The notes: generated by a model from the sequence alone, not told the origin. A stretch of 64,000 bases of DNA from an uncultured Bacteroidales bacterium (GCA_900316305.1 ONCM01000003.1:4762-68761); one strand, 5' to 3'; shown: positions 1 through 9,479, numbered from the stretch's first letter. Translations and numbers: made by a program.

Positions 1-271
1 CTCCTTCAAAAAAGGTGATTTTCTCCCCATATTTTACAAACGTATCTTCTCGAATATCCAGGTTTTGCTCTTTGGCTTTGATCAACATCAGATGCATGTA
101 GGCGAGCACCTCATCCATATCGTGCTTCTTGGCCATCTCGTTGGCCTCCTGCCAAAACTCGCCTTTGTCCATGTTGAGGTCGGGGATGAAGTTGTATTCC
201 TGCATGTTACCAGGAGCCAACGTTCCATCAAAGTCGTATGCAATAGCTACATTTCTGTTTTCTGTAATCAT
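1..271 (-). CDS. HAD-family hydrolase, N-terminal part (runs off the window edge)
   Basis: Manual translation from the ATG at 271 gives MITENRNVAIAYDFDGTLAPGNMQEY..., with HAD motif I (DxDGT). Not in the ORF track because it is truncated. Confidence 0.85.
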   Translation of the reverse strand, partial: MITENRNVAIAYDFDGTLAPGNMQEYNFIPDLNMDKGEFWQEANEMAKKHDMDEVLAYMHLMLIKAKEQNLDIREDTFVKYGEKITFFEG

Positions 272-351
272 TTTTGTATCAGTAGATTATAGATTTTTGT
301 CGTTAATTTTTTATTTTGGCAAAGATACATTTTTAATGGTTAAAGGTTTAT

Positions 352-424
352 GGTTTAGAGTTTAAGGAGCTTAGAAGCTTAGAAGCTTAGAAGTTTAGAA
401 GCTTAGAAGTTTAGGAGCTTAGGG
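352..424. repeat. Degenerate 8-bp tandem repeat (AGCTTAGA/AGTTTAGA)
   Basis: Read directly: agcttaga agcttaga agcttaga agtttaga agcttaga agtttagg agcttagg. Confidence 0.85.
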
Positions 425-450
425 TTAAAGTTTATAGTTCGACAGTCAAA

Positions 451-485
451 TAAACAACAACGGGCGAATCTTAAAGATTCGCCCG
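451..485 (-). terminator. Intrinsic terminator of the 510..2336 gene
   Basis: Inverted repeat CGGGCGAATCT/AGATTCGCCCG followed by a T-rich tail on the minus strand. Confidence 0.75.
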
Positions 486-509
486 CCTATAGTATTACAT
501 TGTATGAAA

Positions 510-2336
510 CTATTTCACCAGTTGTTTGAAGCGGTCAGAGTGGCGATAGCGTTTGAACTCGGCATCGCGTTTGGCCGTCTTCTTCATGGAAGGATCCAAA
601 TTGATGGCGGTGGTGAGGTTGCTATAGACACCCTCCTCGTTCTTCATGCGGGCGGAAAGGACGGCCTTCAGGTAAGCGGTCTTGGCGTCCACCTCATCGA
701 TGCAGTCGAGAGTAGCTTTGGCGGCGTTGTAGTCCTTTTGCAGCAGTTGCACCAGAGCGGTGTTGTAGTCGCAAGTTTGGTTACCCATCAGCTGGGCAGC
801 CTTGGAGTAGTCGCCGTTGAGGATACTGAGTGCACCAGTGTTGTAGTTCTGGTTGACGGGTTGCACGGAAGCGTTGGCAGATGCCTCGAAGTTGGCTTGT
901 GCGGCAGCCAAATCACCGCTCAGATAGTCGGCAATAGCCATGTTGTTCAGAATAATACCATTATTCGGGGAGAGGGCGGCAGCTTTCTGCAGGTAGTTCA
1001 GAGCCTCTTCCAAATTGGAATCGTTGCCGGTCTGATAGTACTCGTTCAACTTCATAGCACCGAGGTTGTTGTACGCACGCCAGTCATTCTCAGTTTTCTT
1101 GTTGTTAATCAACGCTTTGTAGATGCTCTCCTTCGTGGCCATATCGGTGGCAACAGAAGCGGCATAGAGGCGCTCATTAATGGAGAAGTCGTTCGGGTTG
1201 GCCTGCACGAAACGGACAAGGTCGGCATCGGTGTAGGTGTCGTGCTTCTTGCAAACCATCTGGATTTCAGCGCGACGCAACGGAGGCAGGATGGCATCGG
1301 CGATTTCGGGATAGATGTCCGTCATCTCGCGGATCTTCTGCTCACGCATATCATTATTAGCCTGTGAACGCACCACGTTGAGAATCTGGTTCTTCTGCGC
1401 GATGTTCGATTTCTCGATAGCAGCCTCGAAACCGTCCCAGTCTTCACCCTTGGCATTGTTCACATACTCGAAGACCGGCTTCTGCAAATCTTTCATCTTG
1501 ATATTGTTACGCTTTGCGTAATCTTTCAGATAAGCGTTGAACTTGTCGCTGAACCAGTTCTTACCCACTTGGAAACGACGCTCGGAAAGACCCTGATTGT
1601 TGGTCTCCTCACCTTCGGGGGAAGCCCAACCGGAAATCACCACGCGGTCGATGATGTAGTCATTGCCCATGAAATCGATGAACGCCTTGATGGAATCCTT
1701 GGCGGCCTGAGTCTTATTGTTGGGATTGCTCCAGTTCATGTTCGAGCTGTTGAGGTCGAAATAGAGGGTGGCGGTTCTGCCGATGAATTCAGCCTTATAG
1801 TTATGGGGAGCCAGCAGGAAAGCGGTACCGCTGTTGGCGTTGTCCGTCAGTCTCGGGGTCAAGTTGGCGCGTGCGCTGGTGTTGCTGATGCCCTCGCCGA
1901 GGTTACGGTCGCCGAAATCGTGGTGTTTTTTCTTGAGGTCGGCCGTTGCACCCGTCACGATGTCGGCATTCTCATATTTTTCGTCGAATTTGAACGTGCC
2001 GCTCTGCGTGAACGTGCCACCATTCTTATAGTTAATGACGATACCGTCACCTTGAGCCTTCTCACCTTTCAGCTTAATCGTGGCAAAAGGAGGTTCAACC
2101 TTCTGACCATCAACAGATAAGGAAGGGGTAAAGGTCATGGTGGCTTTCTTCTTCATATATTTCGGAGGGATGGTGCCCTTGATGGTGTAAGCCACCTCGC
2201 CACCTTTATTCTCCAAATCGGGGTTGTCAAGCGTCACCGTGACTTCGGGGTATTTCTTGACCATTTTCCCAAGTCCGCAGCCGCTCATCATCATAACAGC
2301 AGCCACTACCATGCTGATAGCAAATAATTTTCTCAT
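510..2336 (-). CDS. Lipoprotein with an OmpA-like domain and C-terminal TPR repeats
   Basis: 608 aa. Lipobox MSGC, GWASPEG..N..LS.RR OmpA-like motif, helical TPR-like repeats (DWRAYNNLG). Confidence 0.8.
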   Translation of the reverse strand: MRKLFAISMVVAAVMMMSGCGLGKMVKKYPEVTVTLDNPDLENKGGEVAYTIKGTIPPKYMKKKATMTFTPSLSVDGQKVEPPFATIKLKGEKAQGDGIVINYKNGGTFTQSGTFKFDEKYENADIVTGATADLKKKHHDFGDRNLGEGISNTSARANLTPRLTDNANSGTAFLLAPHNYKAEFIGRTATLYFDLNSSNMNWSNPNNKTQAAKDSIKAFIDFMGNDYIIDRVVISGWASPEGEETNNQGLSERRFQVGKNWFSDKFNAYLKDYAKRNNIKMKDLQKPVFEYVNNAKGEDWDGFEAAIEKSNIAQKNQILNVVRSQANNDMREQKIREMTDIYPEIADAILPPLRRAEIQMVCKKHDTYTDADLVRFVQANPNDFSINERLYAASVATDMATKESIYKALINNKKTENDWRAYNNLGAMKLNEYYQTGNDSNLEEALNYLQKAAALSPNNGIILNNMAIADYLSGDLAAAQANFEASANASVQPVNQNYNTGALSILNGDYSKAAQLMGNQTCDYNTALVQLLQKDYNAAKATLDCIDEVDAKTAYLKAVLSARMKNEEGVYSNLTTAINLDPSMKKTAKRDAEFKRYRHSDRFKQLVK

Positions 2337-2459
2337 AGGTTATTAAGGTTTTTATTTGAAATTTCAAAAACGGCGCAAAGATACGTTTTTTTCAGACAAA
2401 TTTACAGAACGGTATAATAAGTTTTTTATTGTAAAAAAGTGTACTTTTGCCGCCGCAAA

Positions 2460-2615
2460 GTGGTGAAGGATTTTCTTCGTAAAATCCTGAGAGGGAAACA
2501 GGTGTAAGTCCTGTACAGTACCCGCTGCTGTAAGTTTCAAGCCAAGAAACCGCACGTTGCCACTGTCGGAAGACGGGAAGGCGCGGTTTCAGAAACGAGT
2601 CAGAAAACCTGCCAC
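2460..2615 (+). promoter_or_regulatory. Cobalamin riboswitch 1
   Basis: Conserved elements AGGGAA-CAGGTG, AGTCCTG, CCCGCTGCTGTAA, GCCACTG..GGGAAGG and the B12 box GAGTCAGAAAACCTGCC. Preceded by promoter -7 TACTTTTG at 2442-2449. Confidence 0.95.
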
Positions 2616-2713
2616 GGCGCATTGTTATCGCTTCGGGAGGTAGGCGGATACAAAAGAGACCCTAATCGCGCTCTTCATTCCAACATTAACCGAAGCATTT
2701 TGTCAAACCCTAA

Positions 2714-3811
2714 ATGCCGAGGATTATGCATTTATGTAACTTATTAAAAAAGAGTGTCTTATGGCTTCTTATTCTGCCAATTTTGGTCATTTCTTGCGTA
2801 CCAAAACCGCCGCTACCTGATCCTGAGCCCATCCCTGATACATACGCGAACGGACTTTTCATTCTCAATGAAGGTCTTTTCCAACAGAATAACAGTACGT
2901 TATCATACTATAATTATAAGGATGGAACATTCACTGCGAATATCTTTTTGGATGTCAATCATCGTGGTTTGGGCGATGTGGGCAACGATTTGCAGCGATA
3001 TGGCAGCAAACTCTACATCGTGGTCAACAACTCCAATATCGTGGAGGTGGTGGATGCAAAAACTGTCCAATCGTTGAAAACCATCAATTTGAACGGCAAA
3101 CAGCCGCGCTATATCACCTTTTTGGACAATAAAGCCTATATTTCCTGCTTCGATGGCGATGTGGTGCGCATCGACACAGCTGCTTTAGAGGTGGAAGCCA
3201 CCGTGCACACCGGTCCGAACCCCGACGGCATCTGCACCTGCAATGGCAAGATTTACGTCTCTAACTCCGGCGGCCTCAGTGCCCCGAACTACGGCAACAC
3301 CGTTTCGGTAATCGATCCCGCCTCATTCACCGTCACCAAGGACATCACAGTGGCAATCAATCCCACCCGTATCAAATCTTACAACAACCGCTACGTCTAT
3401 GTGGTCTCCAATGGCGATTACGGCACCGTGCCTTATACCTTCCAAAAGATTGATTGTCAGACTGATGAGGTGGTAAAAACATACAATCTCGAAGTCCTGA
3501 ACTTTGAAATCCACCAAAACCTCGCCTACATCTACACTTACAATTTCAACACCATGACTTCCGCATGGATCAGCGTGTTGGATTTGGAAACGGACGAAAT
3601 CGTGAAGGAGCAGTTCATCAGCGACGGCACGCAGCTGAAGACCCCTTACGGCATCAAAGTGAACCCATTGAACGGCGATGTCTATATCACCGATGCGGGC
3701 ACCTTCACCACCAATGGCGACATCTACTGCTTCGACAAAAACGGCAAGAAGAAATTCTCGTTTGAAGGCGGTTTGAATCCGTCGGCAATGGTGATTGACT
3801 TCGGCGAATAG
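2714..3811 (+). CDS. btuG: BtuG-like (YncE/DUF5074) beta-propeller surface lipoprotein, likely B12-binding
   Basis: Lipobox LVISC, motifs FILNEG..NNSTLSYY, LGDVGND and KLYIVVNNS, and a position directly downstream of a cobalamin riboswitch. The start may be 2726. Confidence 0.85.
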   Translation: MPRIMHLCNLLKKSVLWLLILPILVISCVPKPPLPDPEPIPDTYANGLFILNEGLFQQNNSTLSYYNYKDGTFTANIFLDVNHRGLGDVGNDLQRYGSKLYIVVNNSNIVEVVDAKTVQSLKTINLNGKQPRYITFLDNKAYISCFDGDVVRIDTAALEVEATVHTGPNPDGICTCNGKIYVSNSGGLSAPNYGNTVSVIDPASFTVTKDITVAINPTRIKSYNNRYVYVVSNGDYGTVPYTFQKIDCQTDEVVKTYNLEVLNFEIHQNLAYIYTYNFNTMTSAWISVLDLETDEIVKEQFISDGTQLKTPYGIKVNPLNGDVYITDAGTFTTNGDIYCFDKNGKKKFSFEGGLNPSAMVIDFGE

Positions 3812-3821
3812 CCTAGTTTAT

Positions 3822-5144
3822 TTACAAATTTACCTTCGGTTCCGGGATTTCTTTTCCTCGGCAGAAGCGGTGTACGATCTGGCGATCATCGCCCACATAG
3901 ATATACCGCTCCAAACGATCCAGTAGCGTATAATGGTCGTGGTTGAGGTCGCTGTCGTCGATGACAAGCGCGTCGAACTCGTAGCCAGGCTCGAAACTCC
4001 CCACCTTCCCGAAGAAACTCCCGCCACACTTCGTAGCCATCCAAAACGCCTCTGACAAAGTGAGATACGGTCGTTCGTGATGTTGCTGATAATACGCCTT
4101 GCTCAACTGTATCGCATAGACCATCACCTGGAAGATACTCAGGTTATGGCCGCCGCTGATGTCGCTGCCGAGTCCCACACGCACCCCCTCGTTGAGAAAC
4201 TGCCGAATGGGCGCGATGCCTGTCGTCACATTGAGATTCGAGGTGGGACAGTGGGCTACTACCACATCATTCCGCTTCATTAGTTGCATCTCTTCCTCTT
4301 CCGTAAAAACGCAGTGGGCCATCACCGTAGGCGTCTGTCCGAAAAGGCCATATCGGTTATAGGCATCGCCATACCATGTGCCTTCGAGCTTCTGCACTAG
4401 GGCTATCTCGTCTCTGTTTTCAGAAAGGTGCGACTGCACAGGCAACTGATACTTGGATGCCAGTTCGCTACAGGCGCGGAGCATTTCCGGCGGGCACGAC
4501 GGAATGAAGCGGGGCGTGATAATCGGCCGCACCAGAGGAGGATAAGGGGCCTGTAGAGACGTTTCGGGAGACGTTTCAGGAAACGTCTCTACAATCAACG
4601 ATTCGTATCCCTTCACCATCTCTTCCACCGACTCCGATAGTCCTTCGGGACAGTTGCGGTTCATGGCCACTTTGCCCACCAACGCCCCCATGCCCGCCTC
4701 CCGGAAGAGATGCATCAGCATGCGGGTACTTTCGGTATGGATGGAGGCAAACGTGCAGGTACGCATGGTGCCGACGCGCCACAGGTCGCGGACAAAACGA
4801 CGGTACATCCGCTCGGCATAGACCGTGTCGGCATATTTCATTTCCTCGGGGAAGGTGTATTCCTGAAGCCACTCCATCAGTTCCAAGTCCATGGCGATGC
4901 CTTGGTTACGGTACTGTGCAGCATGCACGTGCAGGTCGTTCATAGCGGGAATCAGCAACCGGTCGCCGAAATCAATGATTTCCGTGTTGCGACACTGGGA
5001 AGCATCGGCTCCCAACGATGCCAGATCGGCCGCCACCCCTGTCACTCGTCCGTCAGTATCCACAGCGACATAACCATTTTCCAGCACTTCAAAATGATCC
5101 TTGTCTTTTGTATAGAGTATATGGGCTTTATAAATTTTCTTCAT
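3822..5144 (-). CDS. guaD: Guanine deaminase (amidohydrolase)
   Basis: Motifs DLHVHA, WL..YTFP.E, PIITPRF, QSHLSEN, MAHC, HCPTSN and GLGSDI. Start taken at MKKIYK. Confidence 0.9.
   Translation of the reverse strand: MKKIYKAHILYTKDKDHFEVLENGYVAVDTDGRVTGVAADLASLGADASQCRNTEIIDFGDRLLIPAMNDLHVHAAQYRNQGIAMDLELMEWLQEYTFPEEMKYADTVYAERMYRRFVRDLWRVGTMRTCTFASIHTESTRMLMHLFREAGMGALVGKVAMNRNCPEGLSESVEEMVKGYESLIVETFPETSPETSLQAPYPPLVRPIITPRFIPSCPPEMLRACSELASKYQLPVQSHLSENRDEIALVQKLEGTWYGDAYNRYGLFGQTPTVMAHCVFTEEEEMQLMKRNDVVVAHCPTSNLNVTTGIAPIRQFLNEGVRVGLGSDISGGHNLSIFQVMVYAIQLSKAYYQQHHERPYLTLSEAFWMATKCGGSFFGKVGSFEPGYEFDALVIDDSDLNHDHYTLLDRLERYIYVGDDRQIVHRFCRGKEIPEPKVNL
4552..4593. repeat. GTAG-type REP-like palindrome inserted in frame in guaD
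   Basis: 14-bp inverted repeat TGTAGAGACGTTTC...GAAACGTCTCTACA, the same family as the intergenic copies at 35965, 37701, 40043 and 44655. Confidence 0.8.
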
Positions 5145-5173
5145 TTTGCGAACATTATTTTGATTGGAGAATT

Positions 5174-5244
5174 GGCAAAAATACATTTTTTTCGGTTGTG
5201 CATTTATGGTATTATTCCTCCCGAAAATAGCTAATTCTTGGGAT
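5174..5244. repeat. 71-bp intergenic direct repeat, copy 1 (contains the guaD -7 promoter)
   Basis: Aligns to 9354-9424 with 3 mismatches by eye. Confidence 0.9.
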
Positions 5245-5284
5245 TTCCATTTTGTGGAAAATATGCATTTTTGCAGCGTGAAAA

Positions 5285-6052
5285 ATGAATAATATGAATG
5301 CGATAATCATAGGAATACTGCTGCCTTTGCTCGGCACGATGCTGGGCTCGGCTTTCGTCTTCTTCATGAAGAAGGAAATTCCAGACAGGATGCAGAAGAC
5401 GCTATTAGGATTCGCCAGCGGGGTGATGGTGGCGGCCAGCGTGTGGTCGCTGCTGATACCGTCGATTGAGATGGTGAGCGAAAGTGTGTTGCCGGCTGCC
5501 ATTGGATTCCTGGCCGGTATCGCCTTCTTGCTGTTGATCGACGAACTGACACCGCACCTGCATATCGGCGCAGAGACGGCCGAAGGACCGAAATCGAAAC
5601 TCTCGCGCACGATGATGTTGGCACTGGCGGTAACCATCCACAATCTGCCCGAAGGCATGGCCGTAGGTGTGGTCTTCGCGGGCGAAGCGCAAGGACTGAC
5701 CCTCAGTGCCGCCCTCGCGGTGAGCATCGGCATCGCCATACAGAACATTCCTGAGGGCGCCATCATCTCCATGCCTATGCACGCGGAGGGCAATTCCCGC
5801 ATGAAGTCGTTCCTCATCGGCACCCTGAGCGGTGTGGTGGAGCCCATCGGAGCGGTGGCCATCTTACTGCTGGCCGGCGTACTAGGAGTGGCGCTTCCCT
5901 ACCTGCTGGCTTTCGCCGCCGGTGCCATGATGTATGTGGTTGTGGAGGAGCTCATTCCCGAAACCGCCCAAGGCACCCACACTAACCTATCCACCATCGG
6001 TTTCGCCATGGGCTTCGTACTGATGATGGTGATGGATGTGGTGCTGGGATAG
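5285..6052 (+). CDS. ZIP (ZupT/GufA) family metal transporter
   Basis: Motifs GFASGVM, PHLH, IHNLPEG.AVG, AIQNIPEG and EELIPE, with multiple TM helices. Confidence 0.93.
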   Translation: MNNMNAIIIGILLPLLGTMLGSAFVFFMKKEIPDRMQKTLLGFASGVMVAASVWSLLIPSIEMVSESVLPAAIGFLAGIAFLLLIDELTPHLHIGAETAEGPKSKLSRTMMLALAVTIHNLPEGMAVGVVFAGEAQGLTLSAALAVSIGIAIQNIPEGAIISMPMHAEGNSRMKSFLIGTLSGVVEPIGAVAILLLAGVLGVALPYLLAFAAGAMMYVVVEELIPETAQGTHTNLSTIGFAMGFVLMMVMDVVLG

Positions 6053-6105
6053 TTAGTATTCTTCTGAATTGTTACAAAAACGGTCATGAAAGAACTCCAA
6101 AAGAT

Positions 6106-6681
6106 ATGAAGAAAACAGTCCTATTACTACTATTACTGATATTATCCATCAGCCTCCAGGCACAGAAAAAACAGCTGTTCGACGGGGGAATGATGGTCCA
6201 CACGGGCTACCTCATCGACAATATCCCGGCACTGGACTACAAAGCCAGCGGGATGTCTTTCGGACTTGGCGGTGTGCTGCGCTTCCACATCGGCAACCAT
6301 GTGCGCCTGGGTGGCGAAGGCTATGTCTCCACGCTTCCCCAAAAGCGCAACAGCAGCTATGTCCGTATGGGCTGGGGCGGCATGGTGGCCGATTTCTACT
6401 GGCCGATAAAGCGGTGGGCACCGTATGCCGGATTATGCGTAGGGGGCGGCAAGACCTCAACGTTGCTTGTTCTCGACGGCTCCGACAGCGATTGGGATGC
6501 CGAGACGAACGCTGTGGTACACAAAGAGCCCTTTTTCTTCGTTAACCCATACCTCGGCGTGGAGTTTGCGCTCACCGAAGCTGTCCATCTCACGCTCAAA
6601 GCCGACCACCTCTTTCCCTTCAAGAACGAAGCCGTGCCCAAAGGAGTGCGCGTTTACTTCGGCTTCGTGTTTGCGCATTAG
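6106..6681 (+). CDS. Small outer-membrane beta-barrel protein
   Basis: Signal peptide, amphipathic Gly/aromatic beta strands and a C-terminal YFGFVF. Confidence 0.7.
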   Translation: MKKTVLLLLLLILSISLQAQKKQLFDGGMMVHTGYLIDNIPALDYKASGMSFGLGGVLRFHIGNHVRLGGEGYVSTLPQKRNSSYVRMGWGGMVADFYWPIKRWAPYAGLCVGGGKTSTLLVLDGSDSDWDAETNAVVHKEPFFFVNPYLGVEFALTEAVHLTLKADHLFPFKNEAVPKGVRVYFGFVFAH

Positions 6682-6742
6682 CGGTAATCCGTTTGAAACA
6701 ATCGAAGGCTGCGACACTCAAGTGATTCTGATAAAAGATAAT

Positions 6743-8878
6743 TTAAATTTTTACATTCACCCCAAAATAAACGCTCCTCGGCTGCTTCGGGCCGTAGATA
6801 TAGCCCGCGTCGCGAAGAATGCCGTAGTCCAAGTCGGGCTGGTAGGCGTTAGTGATGTTCTGCATACCTGCCGTCAGGCGTAACACAATCTCATTGAAGC
6901 CCACTTCAGACGGGCGCTGTATCACAGAAAAACTCTCTTCTGACTTCCGCTGAATCTTGAAATGGAAGTCGTATGAAACCTGCGCGTTAAGGACAAAAAA
7001 CGACTGCGTCTTTACCAAAACTGGCGGTTCGGTCTCGTGAGGCACCAGCATCGGGCCGGTGAAATTACCCGTAACGTTCAAGGTCAGGTGACGCCAAGGG
7101 TTGCTCTCAAGTATCAGATAGCCATAGACATCCGGTGTTCTGAGCATCCGGATTTCGGGAGCGGCGTCCTCACTCCATTCCACCGGCTCTGTGTAGCGGC
7201 TCACCTGCCATGTGGCCCCGAGTTGACCGGAAATCCAGCGGTTCCAGGCCACTTTCACCGCACCATGTACGCCCGCCACATACCCACGACCGGCATTATA
7301 ACGCTCTGATATTTCGTTACCTGCGGCATCCTCATATCGTCTTTCAGCAAAGATGTCTTTCAGGTAGGTGTAGAAGCCCTCGCCAGTCAAGTCCACATCC
7401 ACGCCACCTTTGTAAAGACAATAGTCGGTGGAAAGGGAGACGCTGTGTGAACGCTCCTCTTTGAGGTCTGGCGCTAGGGTACTGATGATGCGCTCTCCGC
7501 CCGCCAAAGAGACGTGCAGATCCTCGTCGTAGGTTTGCGGAGCCCGGAATCCGGTGGCGTAACTTACTCGTAAAGAAAGTCTTCGAATCGGATTGTAACG
7601 GATGTTCACCCTCGGGGAGAATATCGGGCGACTGATGAGCGAATGTTTGTCCATGCGCACGCCGGCTAACAGCGACCATTTTTCGTTTTTCCACTCGTTC
7701 TGTGCATAAATACTGCCGATATGCACGTCCTGGTGAAGATATTGTGCGTAACCCGGGATAGAGTCAGTCAGGTGATCGAAATTGTATTCCGCACCCACAG
7801 TCAGGGAGGCGGGCATAAACCACAGTTTGTCAAAGTGATAGCGCCACAGGGCACCGGTGGCGAGGGTGAAGTTGGTGGTATAGCCGTAAGCCTTCAACGC
7901 ATCGAAGCGCTCTTCGGGCGTGCCTTCGCCAATGCCGCCGTAGTAGCTGTTGCGACAGATGTGCTGCAGGGCGGTGTAAGCCTCCACGTGTTGGTGCCCG
8001 AAGTCGATATGGTAGTCAAGATGACCGCTGTGGATGAGATGCGCCGCGCCTTCGGAAATGTTCGACTCATGGGGCTGCAGACCGAGGTTGTTGCCGCCTC
8101 GATGCTCGTCATTGACGATGTTGTAGCGGACGCTCAGTTTCGACAGCCGCGTAGGCCGTACAAACGCATTCAGCCCGACAGAGAGGTTTCGCAACTTCGG
8201 GAGGTCGCTATAGGCGTCGCCGTTGCGATCGTACGGATCGCGATGGCGGTCTTGCGCGAACAGGTAAACGCCTGCGTTGCGGTTCCGCGTGACGGCAGAG
8301 GCATACGCGTGAGTGGTGTTGTCGAAGGTGCGCGTAAAGTCGTAGTTGCTAACAGTATGACCAAAGCCGCCGCCGTTCTCCGTAGCCTCCTTGGTGATGA
8401 TGTTGATGACACCTGCTACCGCCGATGCTCCGAACAGGGCACTGCCGCCGCCTCGCATCACTTCGATGCGGTCGATCATCTCCGCCGGAATCTGCTCAAG
8501 ACCGTAAACACCGTTCAACGAGGAGAATATCGGCTTCGAATCGATGAGAATTTGCGAATAATGGCCGTCCAGTCCGTTGATGCGCACCTGCGTGAAACCG
8601 CAGTTCTGGCAGTTGTCCTCCACGCGCAAACCCGGCATAAAGTCGAGGGTTTGCGCCAAACAAACGGCATTGGTGGCAATCATCGTGCGCGGCGTGACGA
8701 TATCGATCAATGCTGGTGCCTCCCGTCGGAGAGTTTGTTCGCGATTGGAAGATATGGTGATTTCATCCACGTGCAGCGTGTCGTGCTCGTGGTCATGGTG
8801 CGGCAAATCCTGGGCCCCCGCACCAAAGGCCAGCACCCCAAACAGAACCGTCAGGGCGCAATTTATACGTCTTTTCAT
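6743..8878 (-). CDS. TonB-dependent receptor, probably for a metal
   Basis: Plug motifs PGLRVEDNCQNCG and IDRIEV.RGG.SALFG..A.AGVINIITK, His-rich N-terminus HHDHEHD, and C-terminal YGP..PRS.YFG. Confidence 0.93.
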   Translation of the reverse strand: MKRRINCALTVLFGVLAFGAGAQDLPHHDHEHDTLHVDEITISSNREQTLRREAPALIDIVTPRTMIATNAVCLAQTLDFMPGLRVEDNCQNCGFTQVRINGLDGHYSQILIDSKPIFSSLNGVYGLEQIPAEMIDRIEVMRGGGSALFGASAVAGVINIITKEATENGGGFGHTVSNYDFTRTFDNTTHAYASAVTRNRNAGVYLFAQDRHRDPYDRNGDAYSDLPKLRNLSVGLNAFVRPTRLSKLSVRYNIVNDEHRGGNNLGLQPHESNISEGAAHLIHSGHLDYHIDFGHQHVEAYTALQHICRNSYYGGIGEGTPEERFDALKAYGYTTNFTLATGALWRYHFDKLWFMPASLTVGAEYNFDHLTDSIPGYAQYLHQDVHIGSIYAQNEWKNEKWSLLAGVRMDKHSLISRPIFSPRVNIRYNPIRRLSLRVSYATGFRAPQTYDEDLHVSLAGGERIISTLAPDLKEERSHSVSLSTDYCLYKGGVDVDLTGEGFYTYLKDIFAERRYEDAAGNEISERYNAGRGYVAGVHGAVKVAWNRWISGQLGATWQVSRYTEPVEWSEDAAPEIRMLRTPDVYGYLILESNPWRHLTLNVTGNFTGPMLVPHETEPPVLVKTQSFFVLNAQVSYDFHFKIQRKSEESFSVIQRPSEVGFNEIVLRLTAGMQNITNAYQPDLDYGILRDAGYIYGPKQPRSVYFGVNVKI

Positions 8879-8972
8879 TATTTGTTTGCTTGTTTATTAG
8901 TAATCAGTGATTAGTGAGTATAGTCAATGAATAGTATACGGCAAGTACAACGTTGCCGCAAACTACTAACTG

Positions 8973-9347
8973 CTAACTTCTAACTACTAACTGAACTGGC
9001 GGTGCCCGTAACAAGCTCACCCCCTCGACTGAACGAATCTCACAGGGAGTGGAAACAAAATAATGGAGAAAAAGGGTGAAAGTTCCGCCGGAGAAGTGTT
9101 GGCACACCGGCAGAACAACTTTCGTGACGGTAAAATGGCAGATGGCGCAATCGCTGTCGTCATCCTCATCGACAGATTGCAGGATGGTGTGCGCGAGCGT
9201 GTGGTGCGACATCGAAATGCCGTCCAACGGGCAGACAACATCCTCCTCCGCCGTCCAGTGATGGTGGTGGAGGGCCTTGGTGCCGGTCATGCCGCAGAAC
9301 ACGAGTAGCAGCACCCACGCGGTCAATTGTCTTAGTCGTGCGCTCAT
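8973..9347 (-). CDS. DUF2946/CruR-like upstream regulatory peptide (TM helix, His tract, CxxC, C-terminal RAPP)
   Basis: N-terminal hydrophobic helix, HHHH, DCAICH and LLRAPP 7 residues from the end. Lies 95 bp upstream of the TonB receptor on the same strand. Confidence 0.75.
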   Translation of the reverse strand: MSARLRQLTAWVLLLVFCGMTGTKALHHHHWTAEEDVVCPLDGISMSHHTLAHTILQSVDEDDDSDCAICHFTVTKVVLPVCQHFSGGTFTLFLHYFVSTPCEIRSVEGVSLLRAPPVQLVVRS

Positions 9348-9353
9348 TTCGGC

Positions 9354-9424
9354 GGCAAAAGTACATTTTTTTCGGTTGTGAATTTATGGTATTATTCCTC
9401 CCGAAAATAGCTACTTCTTGGGAT
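9354..9424. repeat. 71-bp intergenic direct repeat, copy 2
   Basis: Near-identical to 5174-5244 and contains the minus-strand TACTTTTG promoter of the RAPP gene. Confidence 0.9.
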
Positions 9425-9479
9425 GTTGCCATATCCAGAAAATAAGATTTTTGCCGCCAGAATTATAAGCAGACTAATT

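Noticed and set aside
3822-5144. guaD as a cobamide lower-ligand remodelling gene
   Set aside because: It is convergent with btuG, has its own promoter and no riboswitch. Proximity alone is insufficient.
6743-8878. TonB receptor as the BtuB of the B12 system
   Set aside because: It has no cobalamin riboswitch upstream. The CQNC plug, RAPP leader and ZIP neighbour point to metal-ion uptake. Not fully excluded.
7721-8914. 397-aa + strand ORF (likewise 504..1367, 45709..46770, 24876..25679, 43648..44406 and 51092..51901)
   Set aside because: Each lies antisense to a well-supported gene and has no recognisable motifs.
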